Below, in pieces: positions 11,945 through 26,045 of a stretch of DNA of 64,000 nucleotides. This DNA is from Amphiscolops sp. MND2022 (taxonomy: Eukaryota). Made by a program: the position numbers and the translations under genes. Where the stretch lies: positions 55,118,001 to 55,182,000 of the forward strand of contig OZ076417.1 in assembly GCA_964187785.1 (NCBI GenBank), in the 5' to 3' direction. A model generated the notes under the pieces. That model saw only the letters and a list, made by a program, of their open reading frames with translations. It did not search any database and was not told the DNA's origin. The stretch's first letter is position 1; each line of letters begins with the position of its first letter.

Positions 11945-12565
11945 AACAAGCCGGGACCGGCCCAAGTCGGCGCCATATCCAAGGCTCAAAAATACTTTTA
12001 CAGAAGTCGAAAATCGAAAATTTTTCGAAATTTTTTTTTTGAAAAAATTACATACTAAAAAAATGGACCTGGCTAACGTCTCACAATGCCGAAAAACTGA
12101 AAGGGGGGACCCTTTGAGGTTTTTCAACATCCATTCTGTCGCAAAACATGACAAAATTGAAGAAATTTTTTTTATTATTTTCGGGAAAAAAATCTCACAA
12201 TGCCGAAAAAAACTGAAAGGAGGAACCCTTTGGGATTTTCCAACATCCATTCTGTCGCAAAACATCAAAAAAATGCAGGGGGGACCCTTTGAGGGAAAAA
12301 AATTCGAAAAAAAAATCCGAAAAAAATGTCTCGCAGTGCCGAAAAAAATTGAAAGGGGGGACTCTTTGGTCTCGCCCGGTATGGTATGTTACGCGGAAAA
12401 ACAGGTAAAACCATTTTGGTCCAGTTCGCTAGGCCAAATGGTGCAATTTGACACCATAATATTTTGTAGAACTTTTAGGAACTATTTTGGTCAGTTCGTG
12501 TGGATAGAAAAAAAAAGAGTCACTATAATAGTCGCGTTTCACTTCATGAAGCGCCGACTAAAAAA
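11945..12565 (+). mobile_element. DINE-1/HINE-like dispersed repeat
   Basis: Head AACAAGCCGGGACCGGCCCAAGTCGGCGCC; tail GCGCCGACTAAAAA. Confidence 0.75.
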
Positions 12566-14804
12566 TCAGATGCTGGGAATGAATCAAAAACACAATGAAA
12601 CAAGACGCAAACGTCTCGAGTTGGCGCTACACGTAAAAATCAAAAAGCGCAAAGTTATTAAAATATGCGCAGGATTTTATGAAAAACTCAAGAAAGTGCT
12701 GAAACACAAAAAGTGTTCCGTATTTGCTCAAAAAAGGCTTCGTATTTTCGGATATAACGTGCTGGGCCAAATGGGAGAGCTTTTTTTGAACCGCGGCGCC
12801 TCCTCCGTAGTGAAACGGCCTCCTTCTTAGAATTCACTTCGAATATAGCGTCAAAAAATTGAAGGTAGCGCAATATTTTTGAACCTTGACCTCCTCTTCA
12901 ATGGAAAAAGTCTCAGCACTGAACCAAAAATCAAAAAGGGAGACCCTGTTTCTTCCGGTTCTGCATGTTCCGTTAAAAATGGAGTAAATGGAAGTGTTTG
13001 CACTAATGTAGATGCCTTACCGCCGTCCGGACGTTACCGGTCCAGTGGTTTAGTAGTTCATGTAAAGAGTTTCCACTACGCATACATTCTGATATCTGAA
13101 AAAACTTGCGACTGTAACAGTCGCGCTCATTTTTTGCTAGAATGCACCGATTAAAAACAGGTTGAAAAAATGCAATGATGATAGCTCAACTCCCGCCAAA
13201 TACCCAAAGCAAATAACTCTAATACGCTGATAACATTAATGAACCCGGAAAAATATTAGCTTACTTAAAGCGATTCCAAAAATTGAAGCATTCATCTTAA
13301 AAGTCGAGATCAATTCATCTTAAACGCGAATAATATCTCAATAACAATCAATGTTTGGTTTATCTCACATTTCGAGCAAGTTCTCTACCCACGAAAAAGT
13401 TTGCTTTTAGCAAAATCACTTTAAAAAATTCAAATTTGTACGAGAAGCTGCAATGAGTTACGTCATGATCATTTGAGCAGACCATTATTAAAAACATAGC
13501 TAACATCATGGTATGTATTTAACGAAAAAGTTCTAGAAAACTTGAAGCTGTGTTTCCGGGACAGTTTCTGCCTTCGACCATGAACTAACGAACCACTTGA
13601 TTATTGTAACAACTAAGTAGTTTGTGTATGAATGCCTGAATATAGAGGAGGAACCATATTTAGTCAATTCTAGTTAAGTCGCATCCTGGTAACTCGGATC
13701 TTCGTTTAATTCGTATATGTATGAGATCCCCATTTCGTGTTGACCAAAATAAAACCATCCGGTTGATTCGTATTCCTCGTTATTCGTATGATTTTATTCG
13801 GTCGATGCGAACTAAGTGAAATCAACTGTATAAAGATTGCAACTTTTGCAAAGCATTGAAGTTCGCGCTTTTCGTTTTTTTCCCGATTTTTTTTAGTTTT
13901 CTGTCATTCGAGACGTCACAAAACTCGCGATTTTTCGAGAAAATCGACAGTCATTACCAAGTTCAAGGATATGGTGACGTCATTGTCACATAATAACAAC
14001 CGGTAAATAACTACCGTTCATTACCTAAGAATTCCTATAATCTCATTGGCTCTGGGATTCGAATGCATAACACCGAAGAATGGAAACTCTAGTCGAGATT
14101 GCTGGAATTTTTTACATGCTGCAGGCTTACATACAAGGTAATTCTTTTATAAAACTTGGAAAATTCAGTAAACTTCCGGTGGTAATTCACACTCAGCGTA
14201 ATAACATTCAGTGCAATAAAGTTTGAAAACATTGTTTTAACATTTTTTCTCAACTACTCGTCTATCGTAGTCGACACTTCTGAAATGGAATGTTGAAGAT
14301 GACTCTAGTTTGCAGTTTAATACGTAACTGAAATTATTTTGCATTAAAATGGCGGCAAAATTGACGTTACAGCGGCATTAAAGATAGAACTGAAGCATAA
14401 TGAAACCGGCAAAACGTGACGGCCTGAAATTACAGCCAAATATTCGATGAAATTTTCAAATAGCTTGATTGAAATCGAATGCAACATGGAAACATTTTCG
14501 CATGAAAGTTATGTAAGAATATTAAGTTTTGGAAAATCATAAAAGTTGCAAAAAACCTTGAAGAAAATGTAAAAAGTTCAAATATTTTCAGCAAAAATTT
14601 TGACAGAAGTGAAAATACCAAAAAAAATTCAAGGTTGAAAATGATTTCATTAATCAAGCCCCAAGGCGCCTCAAAGGAGCCATGAAAAAATTGAAATATC
14701 ACTGACAAAAAGGAATAACTTTTTGACGGAGAGTTTAAAATGCTATCTGTGGCAAGCATTGCCGAAGGAAAAAACTGCTTGCACAACACTTTTGAAAGAG
14801 ATTT

Positions 14805-14903
14805 TTATTTTCCGCCCACATATAATGGGGGAGGAAAATCATAATCTGTGTTGTTATTTTCCGCCCACATACAATGGGGGAGGAAAATCATAATCAGTGT
14901 TGC
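14805..14903. repeat. Tandem duplication of about 50 bp containing a hairpin
   Basis: ATTTTCCGCCCACATA(T/C)AATGGGGGAGGAAAATCATAATC twice. Confidence 0.85.
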
Positions 14904-16135
14904 GTTTTTTTTTTACAAATTCTGCCAAATCTCCACCACGATCTCCATCCACTCCACTTGACTATTTGTTACTTGACTATTTTAGTTACGCAGTTGGTAG
15001 TGCGTCTGCCTGGCAGAAACGAGCGAGGTCATGGGTTCGAACCCGTGCTGATGCGTTACATTTTTAGCAGAAAAATATCCCGGTGCTTAGCGGGCGTCTT
15101 TTTTTCATTTTGGGATGTTTCGCAATAGTATAGAAGCAACAAAAACCCATACATATTCATCATCAAAGTTGAAAGTTACCTCCCATGTTCAGTGGGAACA
15201 TCTGAAAGCTCCGTAACATGCAATAAAACAAAGCAGTTTAGTAACATTTGGTGGAACTTTTCTGGCAAAAATAGTTACTCCGTGGAATAATTTTGTGGTA
15301 CAATCATTATAAACGAGGACTTTTTCTACCTGAAAGATGAAATCTATCAACATTTTTCACAGCAGTAGTACGTATAAGAACATTTTTCATGCTGCCTTTA
15401 TGAGCAAAAGCTAATTTTAGAACAAAAATTTTCGGCAGCCAGCAAAGGAAAACTTTGGGGATTCACCATCTTAATAAAAAATCAAAAATCGTTTTGTTAA
15501 CTGCTCGATTTACACATTTTTTTCTCGACTATTCAACTGTTGTTATCACCGTTATTCACTTGCAAACCACAGGTCCGAATGACTGCCAATTTTACGATGC
15601 ATCATTCCTTTCGCAGTTGCATCCATTTCGAAATGATCAAGAATACGAATATTTTCAGGCCTGTACGGTCAAACAACGTCAGAAGATTGGACGTTGAAAA
15701 AGTTTCTAGCAGTGTCTAGAAATTGTGGCGTTAAGGATTCAACCATTCATGAGTCAAATGCCAATCAAAGCTAATCTTCAAGACGCTGGAACAAAGATTA
15801 ATATTAGACAATCCGCTCTTCAAGTTGCTGCCCATTCTTTTGTCCTGGATGTAGCAAATATCAGAAGTATTCAGAAACTTCACAACAGCAGTCTGCAAAT
15901 GGTCAAAACAAGAAATTCTTGGCTTTTTTAGAATCGTAATTGAATTGTGGAAGAAGAGGTACGGAATCTTGTGAGACAAAATGGAACAAAGCAGTCAAGC
16001 AAGTGAGGAAGAAAAACAGAGGGGGCAATTTATTCAAGCCGGTCGTTCTAAAATCTGGTCAATCCTGGTAGAAAGCAAGGAACAAAGCACTCGTTGCTTC
16101 ACAAAGCAACGGGCAGCAACGAGAAAAACAGTACC

Positions 16136-16139
<4 letters not shown>

Positions 16140-16173
<34 letters not shown>
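16140..16173. repeat. (GA)n microsatellite
   Basis: Uninterrupted AG run. Confidence 0.97.
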
Positions 16174-16176
<3 letters not shown>

Positions 16177-16199
16177 TAGAAACGGGGAATCAATAGATC

Positions 16200-17277
16200 T
16201 ACAGGCTACAAATTTCAAACGTCATTCAGGAGCGATTGGTGTGAGATACATAGCCATGGGAATGTCAAGCCATATCCAACAAAACAAGCAACGGACATTG
16301 AACGAACAATCAGAACTAGATTAGCCGAACAGATGTTTTGGAGTGATATGAAACTGATAGCAACTGAGATATGAACGCCAGACAGCTAAACTTAAGTATG
16401 CCTGGACAGAAAAGGCAGAAAAATTATTCTGGTAGCCTAAGCTAACGAGGGACAACGAGATGAAATGCGGAGATTGCATATCATGCAAAATGTTCGGTAA
16501 GAGAAGAAAATTACAAAACCCAATGACTGGAATAACGAACTTACCAGTAGTAAACAAGACGGGAACGTCTGAAGTCGGCGCTATATCTAAGGCTCAAAAG
16601 CACAAAAAACTTTTTTTTTGAAAAAAAACTTGAAATTTTTGAATTTTTTTTCTTTCAGAAACTAACGCATAGTGCCGAAAAATGTACAAGGGGGGACCCT
16701 TTGGGCTTTATTAACATATATTCTGTTGCAAAATTTCGAAAAACTCGAAAGGGGGACTCTTTTGAGACATTTTCGAAAAAAGACGCACAATGCCGAAAAA
16801 AATTGAAAGGGGGGACCCTTTAGTCTCATCCGGTTTTGTAGGTTGCGTTAAAATAGTAAAAAATGAAAGGGGGACCCTTTTGCACTAATTTCCGATGACC
16901 GGACTTGGCCTTATGGTAGTAGTTTTAGTAGTTTCGATTGTAAGAAAAGTGGCCCAATCAGAGTGAGATTGTAGTCTGTCGAAAAAAAAGAAAAAATCTA
17001 GCCACTGTAAGTGTCGGGCACTTTTCTCTAGAAAAGCGCCGACTAAAAACCATACCAAGAATTCCATAGGACTTCAAAGTGCCAATGAGATTTGAAAACC
17101 GCGAAATTGACAACAGCATGTCTAAGGGAATCACCAACGGGACCAACAAATAATAGATTCTTAGAACAATCTATCTTACTAAACGGAGTACCTCAAAAAA
17201 TACGAACAAACAAGAGAATGGCTTTTACTAAAAGCTGGGAAATTTACGCAAAAAGTAGAAATACCAAAATAATCTAA
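16200..17277 (+). mobile_element. Old Gypsy integrase remnant split by a DINE-like insertion
   Basis: FW*PKLTRDNEMKCGDCISCKMFGK (integrase zinc-binding region) before 16553, and RFLEQSILLNGVPQKIRTNK (core) after 17049. Confidence 0.7.
16553..17049 (+). mobile_element. DINE-1/HINE-like dispersed repeat inserted in a Gypsy integrase remnant
   Basis: Complete head and tail; highly similar to 23976-24450. Confidence 0.8.
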
Positions 17278-17509
17278 GAAACATCATATACACTGTCGTA
17301 ACTGTCTTGTCCGGTTACATCACGATTGTCATCGGTTTCTTCTGTGTTTTTTTTTCAAACAAACCCGCTCGTAAAATTGCACTTCTTTTAGAACTGCAAG
17401 GATCCAAAGTTAACCCTGTTAAACTGTCTACCTTCGAAGACAAGTTTTCAGTGAGCTATAAGATCCCTCTTTGCCCTATTTCTGCATTCTTGAGTCTTTT
17501 TGAGACTTT

Positions 17510-17999
17510 ATTAGTCGCCGCTTTTCTTAAGAAAAGAGTCGACTACTGTCATGGCTTTTCTTCGGTGTTTTGTGTTTTTTTTTTCGATAAACCTGAAGTG
17601 ACCAAAATAGTTCTACTAAAAGTTCAACAAAATTTTAAGTCGACGCCAACTTACACCTATTGGCCCAAGGAACTGAACTGAAAAGGCTTCCCGCTTAACA
17701 TACAACAAAGGACGAGACTGAAAGATCTTCATTTTCCGTTTTTTTTCGGCATTGCGAGACTTTGTTTCGTGAGAAAATTGATCCAGAGAGTCGCTTGTCA
17801 TTTTTCAGAACTTTGCTACAGAAAGAACGTTGAAGAATCCTAAAGGGCACCTCTTTCAGTTTTTTTCGGCATTGTAAGCCTTTTTCAAAAACTTTTTTTC
17901 GGGTGCTGTAGAAAAAAATACTTTGAAACTATGAAATCCTTTTGATATTTTTGAGCCTTAGATATGGCGCCGACTTTGGCCGGTCCCGGCCGGCTTGTT
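17510..17999 (-). mobile_element. DINE-1/HINE-like dispersed repeat
   Basis: Reverse head ...GGCGCCGACTTTGGCCGGTCCCGGCCGGCTTGTT and reverse tail TAGTCGCCGCTTTT. Confidence 0.65.
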
Positions 18000-19624
18000 C
18001 TCTATTTTGTCAGTGATATTTTCTCCTCTTTTCTCTCTGACAATCCTGTCTCCGTTTTGGTGTTTAATGGTCTCGGTGTCATCTCTAGTCTATACTGAGG
18101 AGTCTCGTCTGAAACTTAATTTATTGATCTTCTCGGGCATTTTCGGAGGATAAAGTCAACGGGAATGTAAGAAGTTAATTCAGTTGAAAGTTTCTCGATA
18201 GATCCTTTCTTCTCTTTTTCCTTTAGTTAAAAAGAGTTTCCACACAAAATCGAAATATTAGGAATTAAAAAATGCAACTGAAAATTCGAGTGTCGAAACA
18301 ACTAGCATCGAAATTTACAGGTCATTACAGTAATGATTTATTAGGAATGGAATTTTCACTTCTTTCGATCCTGGATAATTTCAAGTCACAATTCAATCCG
18401 AGATAATTTTAAGAATTTGTCGATCCAACATAAGTCGACTCTGGACAGCAACCATGTTGAAAGATGTTGAAACATTTACGTGTTCCATTGAAAATAGACG
18501 TGTGTCCTTTCCTGATCCCGTGCCAGGTATTAATACTTTACGCAAGAAACGCCGGAAAAATCACGCGCGTGAATTTCACGCTTCATTCAACTAGGCGTCC
18601 TTCCGAGGCAAACAAAAATCAAATTGGGAAGCTTCCTTGGGATTCGGTTTTCAGTATCATCTCCCTTTAAGAAAAAAGGAATCCCAGTTCCGTGTCTCTT
18701 CCTCTTCAATCCCCTCCAATTAAGCACCCTGAAATGAAGTCAGCATTGACTATCTCAACCTAGCTACTGGAGCGCGAAACGAAATGAACATTAAGCTGAA
18801 TAAATTGGGAATTCAATAATTTTAACAATAATAACTGCAAAATATCAAAATCAACACCTTTAAGACGATGGATGATTAATTTTTCCCGAATTAGTACTCC
18901 AAATTGGATGAGAAAAAAAAACATGTCAAACCCCTGGCAATTAGGTCTGACCTCGAGGAGCTGGTTTGATTAACCGGAATGCCTACACAGAATAATATAT
19001 ACAAAAATACCAATTAACAAGACAATCCTTATTTGCAACTGCATTTGTAAGTTAAATATAGAGAAGTGCATTGATTATTCAATATATACTGCTGATCTCA
19101 TCATATTAATTGAATGGAAAGTTGGAATTGTTCAATCATGTTAGTATATAATCCTGGGCAGTTACTCAAGCACTGAAAGATACAGCATCAAAAAAAGACA
19201 AATTTCCCTGTTTCGTAGTTTTTTTTCGTATTTCATTTCAAAACCCTTTCGTGGTCATTAAAGATTTAAAACAGTATAGCACAAAGTTTTTATTTGACTA
19301 AATGGTGGACCAGGCTTGTGACTCAAAATTGATTGACCAATAGTCTGCCTGAGATGATTACTTATGCTAATTAGCACAACTACGCTCGTTTCTCATTGGG
19401 TAATAAATATAACCAACGGAATCTAGCATTGCTTAACGCTAATCAATATTAGTGTTTTTATTGATCGTTCACACAATTATGTTGGAGTACTTCAGTTGCT
19501 AAATGCTTTGATGTTTTGGTTTTGTTCTTTTATATTCCCGTGGCTTAATTTCTTCGCCAGACACTCCTAAGTCGTCCTTGTCCTCGCAACTCTGCAGGGG
19601 TTGCGACATAAACGTACACCCACC

Positions 19625-19700
19625 CATATAGACTAGTCAATCGAGCAATTAAAACACTAAAGGATCTTATAAAATCGAACCTTGAAAATTTCCCTTAAAT
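19625..19700 (+). mobile_element. Gypsy integrase remnant, probable continuation of the 16.2-17.3 kb fragment
   Basis: Translates LVNRAIKTLKDLIKSNLEN, comparable to LAERTIQSMKNLLKANLED in the intact element. Confidence 0.55.
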
Positions 19701-21213
19701 TGTTTCATACAAGCTCACTAAATTATTGTTTAAAAAGCTTTTAGAAGGTAAGTTAAGTTCGAAGTTCCAATAGAACGCTGAAACCACGAAATCGGTCCAA
19801 CCATCTCGGCTACTCCGAGGGAAAAAATGGAGAACCTTTGGAAACGCTGAAACAATCGGGCTCAAAAGAGTTATGTGCGTAAGCACCACTGACGTTAGAA
19901 CATGAACTAAAGTCTTTTTCGACAAATGTCACACTGACAAAAAAGACATTTTTGTTGTTTGTGTTGAAGCTGCAAATGTGCGCTCATTTGAAACAAACGT
20001 TATTGGAATTCATGATTTGACCTGATGACTGGTTGGTATTTCGTCGTTTTTTCTCTCTTTTTTCATTCAAAAAGCGCTGACTAAAATTTTTTTCTTTCCG
20101 ATATTCCAGTTTATCTTACACTTTCTATACAAAAAGTTCTGCTTTTTTCTTATATTATGTTTTCTCTAATAGACGTTATCAAAAATGACGCTGTAATTAT
20201 TCATACAAGCATATCAATGCCTTTTTTTATATGTTCAAACACCTATTCGGAGTAATTTAGAAAAGCAATCAAGCTGATGTTAACTGTCTGTGTCCATTAC
20301 ATAATACTTGAAAACACTATAAAACGGGCATTTATATTGCAACTGGCTGAATAGGTATCTGAACAAATCCACGCAGGCATGAATACGTGCCTGATTATTG
20401 CGCAAATTGAAATATGGGGGAACATCACGTGGTATTATCCCACCGCTGTTGCAACTTTTCCCAACCCGGCTTTCCGAAGAGCCTCCAAATTACCGGCCAT
20501 TAAATCCCCATTTTCGCTCCGATGGAGCTTCATCAAAACTTTTGGTAACATTTGCGCTGTATTTATTGAACATACCATAAATTTTGGTGCTCCAAATAAA
20601 TGCAAAATTGGAATATACTTTGATAAAATCTTTGAGCGTGGTTCATTTTGCAGATTACAGGCGTCTAGTGATAGTCATCCCGACTGATTCGAAAATAACT
20701 CACCGCGTCGAGATTATTGAAAAAATTGTTGCATTATTTTTTATTTCTAATGCTTTATGGAAAACTTTCCCATTCTTGTATTTTTGGTAGCTACGCCTTA
20801 GGCTGACTAATTATTTTTGAATTCGTTTTCAAATTATTGATCCGCTATTGGCACGAGTTTCATGCATGGTTGAAGAATTTTGAATGTTGCATTGATAAAT
20901 TTCAAAAACGCAGAAGTTTTATTTAATCTTCGCTGAAGTCAATGAAGCAAAGAAAAATTATGGAATATTGAATTGTTAATTCACAAGTGTTGTAGAGTAG
21001 TTTTATAACTTAGTTATCATCGATTTCCTTTGTTCCTCTTTAGTTATAATTTGAGACAATTCGCTTCCTTTGTTCGCGAACAATACATACATATACATAA
21101 TATTCTGGATTTATATAAACACTGAGCATTGTTGAATTATTACAAAACCAGGGAGTTATAACTGGAGTTATAACTAATTGCAACAAAAAACTGATTATAA
21201 TATAGCTGAGAAG

Positions 21214-21313
21214 ATGATCCAGGAAATTCTGACTCATCTGGGCAATTTGAATCAAGGACTCGACGGTGATTGGTCAGATCGGCTCAACTACTTTTTCTCA
21301 TCACGCCTCTTGC
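21214..21313 (+). CDS. Innexin exon 1
   Basis: Not in the ORF track. ATG at 21214 gives MIQEILTHLGNLNQGLDGDWSDRLNYFFSSRLL, with the innexin N-terminal D-x-D-x-x-DRLNY motif; donor C|GTACGT, phase 1. Confidence 0.9.
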
Positions 21314-22035
21314 GTACGTAGTTCAGTAAACGTTTTTTTACACTTTTTCTGCTACCGTTGAAATTTTACGAAAAAAACAGCGACGGCCCAATTTAGCGCC
21401 CTGTTTATGGGTCAAAACACAAGTCAAATTTGCTCAAGTTTCAAAATAGAAGCCAAAAAATTCGACGAGTGGAGCGCATGAATGAACAAGACGGGAACGT
21501 CCCAAGTCGCCGCCCCTTTTAAGGTTCAAAAAGAGCAAAGCGTTTGAAACATTCAGGAGTCACAATTAACAGCCAAATCTCAGATTTTACCTGGCCGGTT
21601 TTGGGCAAAGAAGCAAAGAACGTACCTGGAAGTAGTATAAGAAAGTAAATAAAGTGCAAGTACTTTTGAAACAGAAAATCAAGAAACACAAATGTCATTG
21701 GGACAAAGCATCGAATTTTAATCAAAATTACAGGGTATTTTTGTTTTGAACTTATAAAAGACTTCGCTAATTTTTGACTCTGGTATTTTTTTGAAATTTA
21801 TCATGCAATATCTCGAGAACCACGTATCTTAACAAAAACTGTTCGAAACAAACGTTGGACTTTTGAGCCTGATCTCGAACTTTAAAATTTAACAATTTTT
21901 CTGAAAACGTCTTCCTCAAGAATTTACATTGCCAAATTATCACAAAAAGCAAAATTTCCGAGTTTTACTCCGTAAAGTATTGTTTCGACGAAATTACAAA
22001 TGTTTTTTGGCTGTTCCTTTTTCAAGAAACATTTC

Positions 22036-22198
22036 AGGAATAATTGTTAAATAAAAAAGTTGAAAAACGGTATCAGCCCTAGTTGAAACTGCTTGAAACT
22101 TTTGCATGATTTTATAGGAATAATTGTTAAATAAAAAAGTTGAAAAACGGTATCAGCCTTAGTTGAAACTGCTTGAAACTTTTGCATGATTTTATAGG
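22036..22198. repeat. 80-bp tandem duplication
   Basis: AGGAATAATTGTTAAATAAAAAAG...GATTTTAT twice, 1 mismatch seen. Confidence 0.92.
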
Positions 22199-22471
22199 CT
22201 GCCAAACACTTTCATGATGATTTCGGGAATTTCATGGAAAATCATTAATGCTAAAATATTCTGAGATGCAATGCTATTTCGTCAGGTATTTATGAGGATT
22301 TCTATACAATTTGGCGTGTGTTCAGAGCAACATCAAGGAAATTCAAAAAAAAGTTCCCCGCGAATTTTTCCATGTTCTTGCCGGCAAAACTTCAAATTTT
22401 ATGAGTGCTGCCGCTAACATATGATGCAAACAAGTTTTATGGGTACCAGTGTGGCAAACAAATTCGTATTA

Positions 22472-22655
22472 CAGTCGAACTCGGATAAAAGAAACACGGA
22501 TAAAAGAAACATTCGGATATAAGAAACGTTTTCACTCCTCCGATTTTATGCAAGTCAAACTTTCTACGTTAATAGGACAACTGATAAAAGAAACTATGGA
22601 TAAAACAAACCCTTTTCTCATCGCCCAATGAGTTTCTTTTATCCGAGTTTGACTG
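22472..22655. mobile_element. Tc1/mariner (pogo/Tigger-type) MITE
   Basis: TIR CAGTCGAACTCGGATAAAAGAAAC (1 mismatch), TA on both flanks. Confidence 0.88.
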
Positions 22656-23975
22656 TACTGGAATTATTTCGGTGGAAAATTTTTTTGATATGCATTTTGA
22701 GAATCGGAAAAACGAAAGCAATTCCCTTTTTGAATTTCTATGCGGTTTTTTAGGGAACTACCTTAGAACGGAATATTAAAATCAGCTGTTTTGATTGGTT
22801 GAAATTTCAATTTTTTTCAAACTTTTTTCAGCGCCGCGAAGTTCAATATTTGTTGCTTCCCAACTGCGAAACATTGTTTGCCATGTCTTTAAAATGCTTT
22901 TCTCATTTTTGAAGTTGTTTTTCCTTAATATTCGTTTTAATTCAGATTCTTTTTTCGTTTTTTGCAATGTTGAGAATGAGTTTTTAAATGTTTTTTTACG
23001 CTTGCGCTGACGTTCGGGAAAGAAAAATAATTCAGGGACTTTTTTTTCAAAAATTGTGTAAGTTGCAGCTACTTTTGTCCAACGCGGAGTGAAATGCTGT
23101 CAGGATTTTCCATGCTGCAATATAATCTTACAAGTTTTTTCCCTGCGCGCAGTCTGAATTTCCTATGTTTTATAAAAAAATTACCCTGCGTGCATGCCTG
23201 CAACATGTAGAAAGTCCCGGCAGTTTCGACTAGAGAGGGCTACAAAAAAGATTTGAGGGAGGTTTTTCTTCCTAACAGTAATTTTTGAGATACTGATTAA
23301 TGTAGGTCAATAATTTCCAAAATTTCTCGAAATACAATGTGGTATATCTTTTTGAATTTTGAGTCAATCACAATAAGAACAATTTGTTTCATTTGATTAT
23401 TCTTGTTCCATATACAGTTTATAAATAAAGATTAATTCATGACCAAAAAAGACATCCAAGAGCGCCTTTTGTGGTCATCAATTAATGTTTATTTAACAAC
23501 TGTATTTGTAACAATGACAAAATGAATTAAAACTTCTGAGATTTTTCTAAAAAATAAACACATTAAACGATTCGCGCTTTGATAAGTTTCGATATCCAAA
23601 TCGACTCTTTTTAGCTATTTGGCACTCTGGTGTATTTTTTGTCTTTTTAGCCTAATTTGAAATATAACTTATAGCAAAAACAGACCAAGACCCACAAAAA
23701 GCCTCAAAAAATGTCCTTGTGAAAAAACCCTCTATCCTTGTCGAAACGTCAGACATTTTCTGCAAATATTTTATGTTTTAAAAACTCAGACGAAACTTGC
23801 GATTACCTTGAACGTTAAACACTACTTGCAAGATGATAAATATCCTACAAGAGTCTTTAACAAACGTTGCTAGAGCAGACGAAAACTACCAAGATCTTAG
23901 AAGATCAGGCAGAAGTTGCTAAGAACTTGTGAGTCACCTTACAGAATAACGTACTGGAATGAAAGATTTTGAACA

Positions 23976-24450
23976 AACAAGACGGGAACGTCTAAAGTCG
24001 GCGCTATATCTAAGGCTCAAAAAGCGCAAAAATTTTTTTTGAATTTTTTTCTTTCAGAAAATGTCGCATAGTGCCGAAAAATGTAAAAGGGGGGACCCTT
24101 TGGGCTTTATTAACATATATTCTGTTGCAAAATATCAAAAAAACTCGAAAGGGGGACTCTTTTGAAACATTTTGAAATTTTCGAAAAAAAGTTTCTTAAT
24201 GCCGAAAAAAAATCAAAAGGGGGACCCTTTAGTCTCGTCCGGTTTTGTAGGTTACGTTAAAATAGTAAAAAATGAAAGGGGGACTTTTTTGCACTAATTT
24301 CCTCTGACAGGACTTGGCCTTATGGTAGTAGTTTTAGTAGTTTCGATTGTAAGAAAAGTGGCCCAATCAGAGTGAGATTGTAGTCCGACGAAAAAAAACT
24401 AGCCACTGTAAGAGTCGGGCACTTTTCCCTAAAAAAGCGCCGACTAAAAA
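23976..24450 (+). mobile_element. DINE-1/HINE-like dispersed repeat (innexin intron 1)
   Basis: Complete head and tail; subterminal inverted repeat AGTCGGCGCT / AGCGCCGACT. Confidence 0.8.
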
Positions 24451-25328
24451 ACTGCCAGTTGATTGCATTTCGTGTCTGAACTGTCACCTAGGGCGGTGGG
24501 TAACGTTGCTAGGTCTTGGAACAGTTATTTTAGGTTGCTTCCATTGTATTTGAAAATGCTACTAAAAGTTAAGTATATCTAATTTGAAACATTGATTTTT
24601 CTTTCATAGGATGAAATATCTTGCTCGAACTAGATATGTAATGAAACAATAAGGGCTCAACGCGAATTGAAAAAATTTTTGTCATCGGCTTTAATCTATA
24701 AAGTTTTTTTCGTAAGGGACAAAGCAATCGAAGAAATTAGCATCATCTTTATAATATCAAGTGGTTATACCGTCACTTTCTTTGATTGCTTCAGCCATGA
24801 ATAACAATGAAAACATGCAAATACAACTTGAAAACCATCAAGATAACATCAAGTTACATACTAACAATAAACGTACCCAGGTTGACTATTATAGCTTATT
24901 CCCAGCTATCCATCCATGATCATGGCTTTTTCATGACGTTACATTCAAATTATGGCTAATCAACCATGGCGATTTTCATTACCTTGGAATAACGGCTAAT
25001 TATCCATGATCATGGCTATGATGAGAACCCATGGTTCATTCAGGAAGATCCATGACAGAATGCTGCATGTTTTGGTTACCATTGAAGTTTGCAGCAAGTC
25101 TGTCATAATTTATGCGTTTCAGTAAAAACTGTTCAGGTAGATGTGCCATGAAGCTGTTTTCCGCATTGAGTTTTATGGAAGGAGATCTATCGTTTGAGTA
25201 TTAAACAAAATTAATCCAAGAAACGAGGCTGAAAGTTAAATTTGAACGCAAAAGCGCTCGCAGCTAAGACGTTTGAAGCTATTCAGAAATTTCAATCTAA
25301 AATGAAACCTTCTACTTTTGAAAAAAAA

Positions 25329-25471
25329 CCAGTGGTCGAAGCCATGGAGCGCTTGTCAAGATCATGGCAAGATCATGGCAAGATCATAGTAAGATCATGG
25401 CAAGATCTTTACAAGGCTAGGAGGGAACTTGCCATGGATCTTGGCAAGGGTACCATGGCTTAGAATACTGG
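25329..25471. mobile_element. Small TIR element with AAGATCATGG minirepeats
   Basis: Ends CCAGTGGTCGAA / TAGAATACTGG; same family as 25851-26021. Confidence 0.6.
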
Positions 25472-25850
25472 TAATTGTTATACGGTTCATCCGTCTTGAC
25501 CTCCACCGAGTTTCGGTCTAGAATACTAGCAAGTTGTAAGTAAACAAACTCAAACTTGAATGAAAAACTGCACTTTATCTTCATTACATGATGTAGTTTT
25601 CTTCCCGTATAGTTCTATAAAAAAGACTCTAGTTTTACAGCTCTTGTTTTTCTTAACTTGGATGTTAGAATATAACAGTAATCTCCCGTTAAGAACAAGG
25701 AAAAGTAAGTGTCCGGGGGTTGCTTTTCAGTTGTTCTGGGCACCCTAGGGACTCGTTCAGAAAGCGACATTCAAAGAAAAAATCTAGACTGACTGAAATG
25801 AAGCGTTTCACGCTTTCTGTGAAAACCTTTCAGTAGCTCTTTTAACAAAC

Positions 25851-26021
25851 CCAGTGTTCGAAACCATGGAACGCTTGCCATGATCGTGGTCATTCTTGCT
25901 AAATCATGGTTAACCAAGGAACGCTTGGCAAGATCATTGTAAGATCATGGTAAGATCTTGACAAGGCTAGCAGGGAGCTTGCCATGGATCTTGGTTAGGG
26001 TACCATGCCTTCGAACACTGG
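25851..26021. mobile_element. Small TIR element with AAGATCATGG minirepeats, next to the innexin exon 2 acceptor
   Basis: Perfect 12-bp TIR CCAGTGTTCGAA / TTCGAACACTGG. Confidence 0.7.
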
Positions 26022-26045
26022 AAGTGTCCGGGGGTTGTTTTTCAG

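Noticed and set aside
11016-12830. Long ORFs of 175, 136 and 263 aa
   Set aside because: They lie wholly within the DINE-like repeat family; the F/K-rich translations come from A/T homopolymer runs and show no domain.
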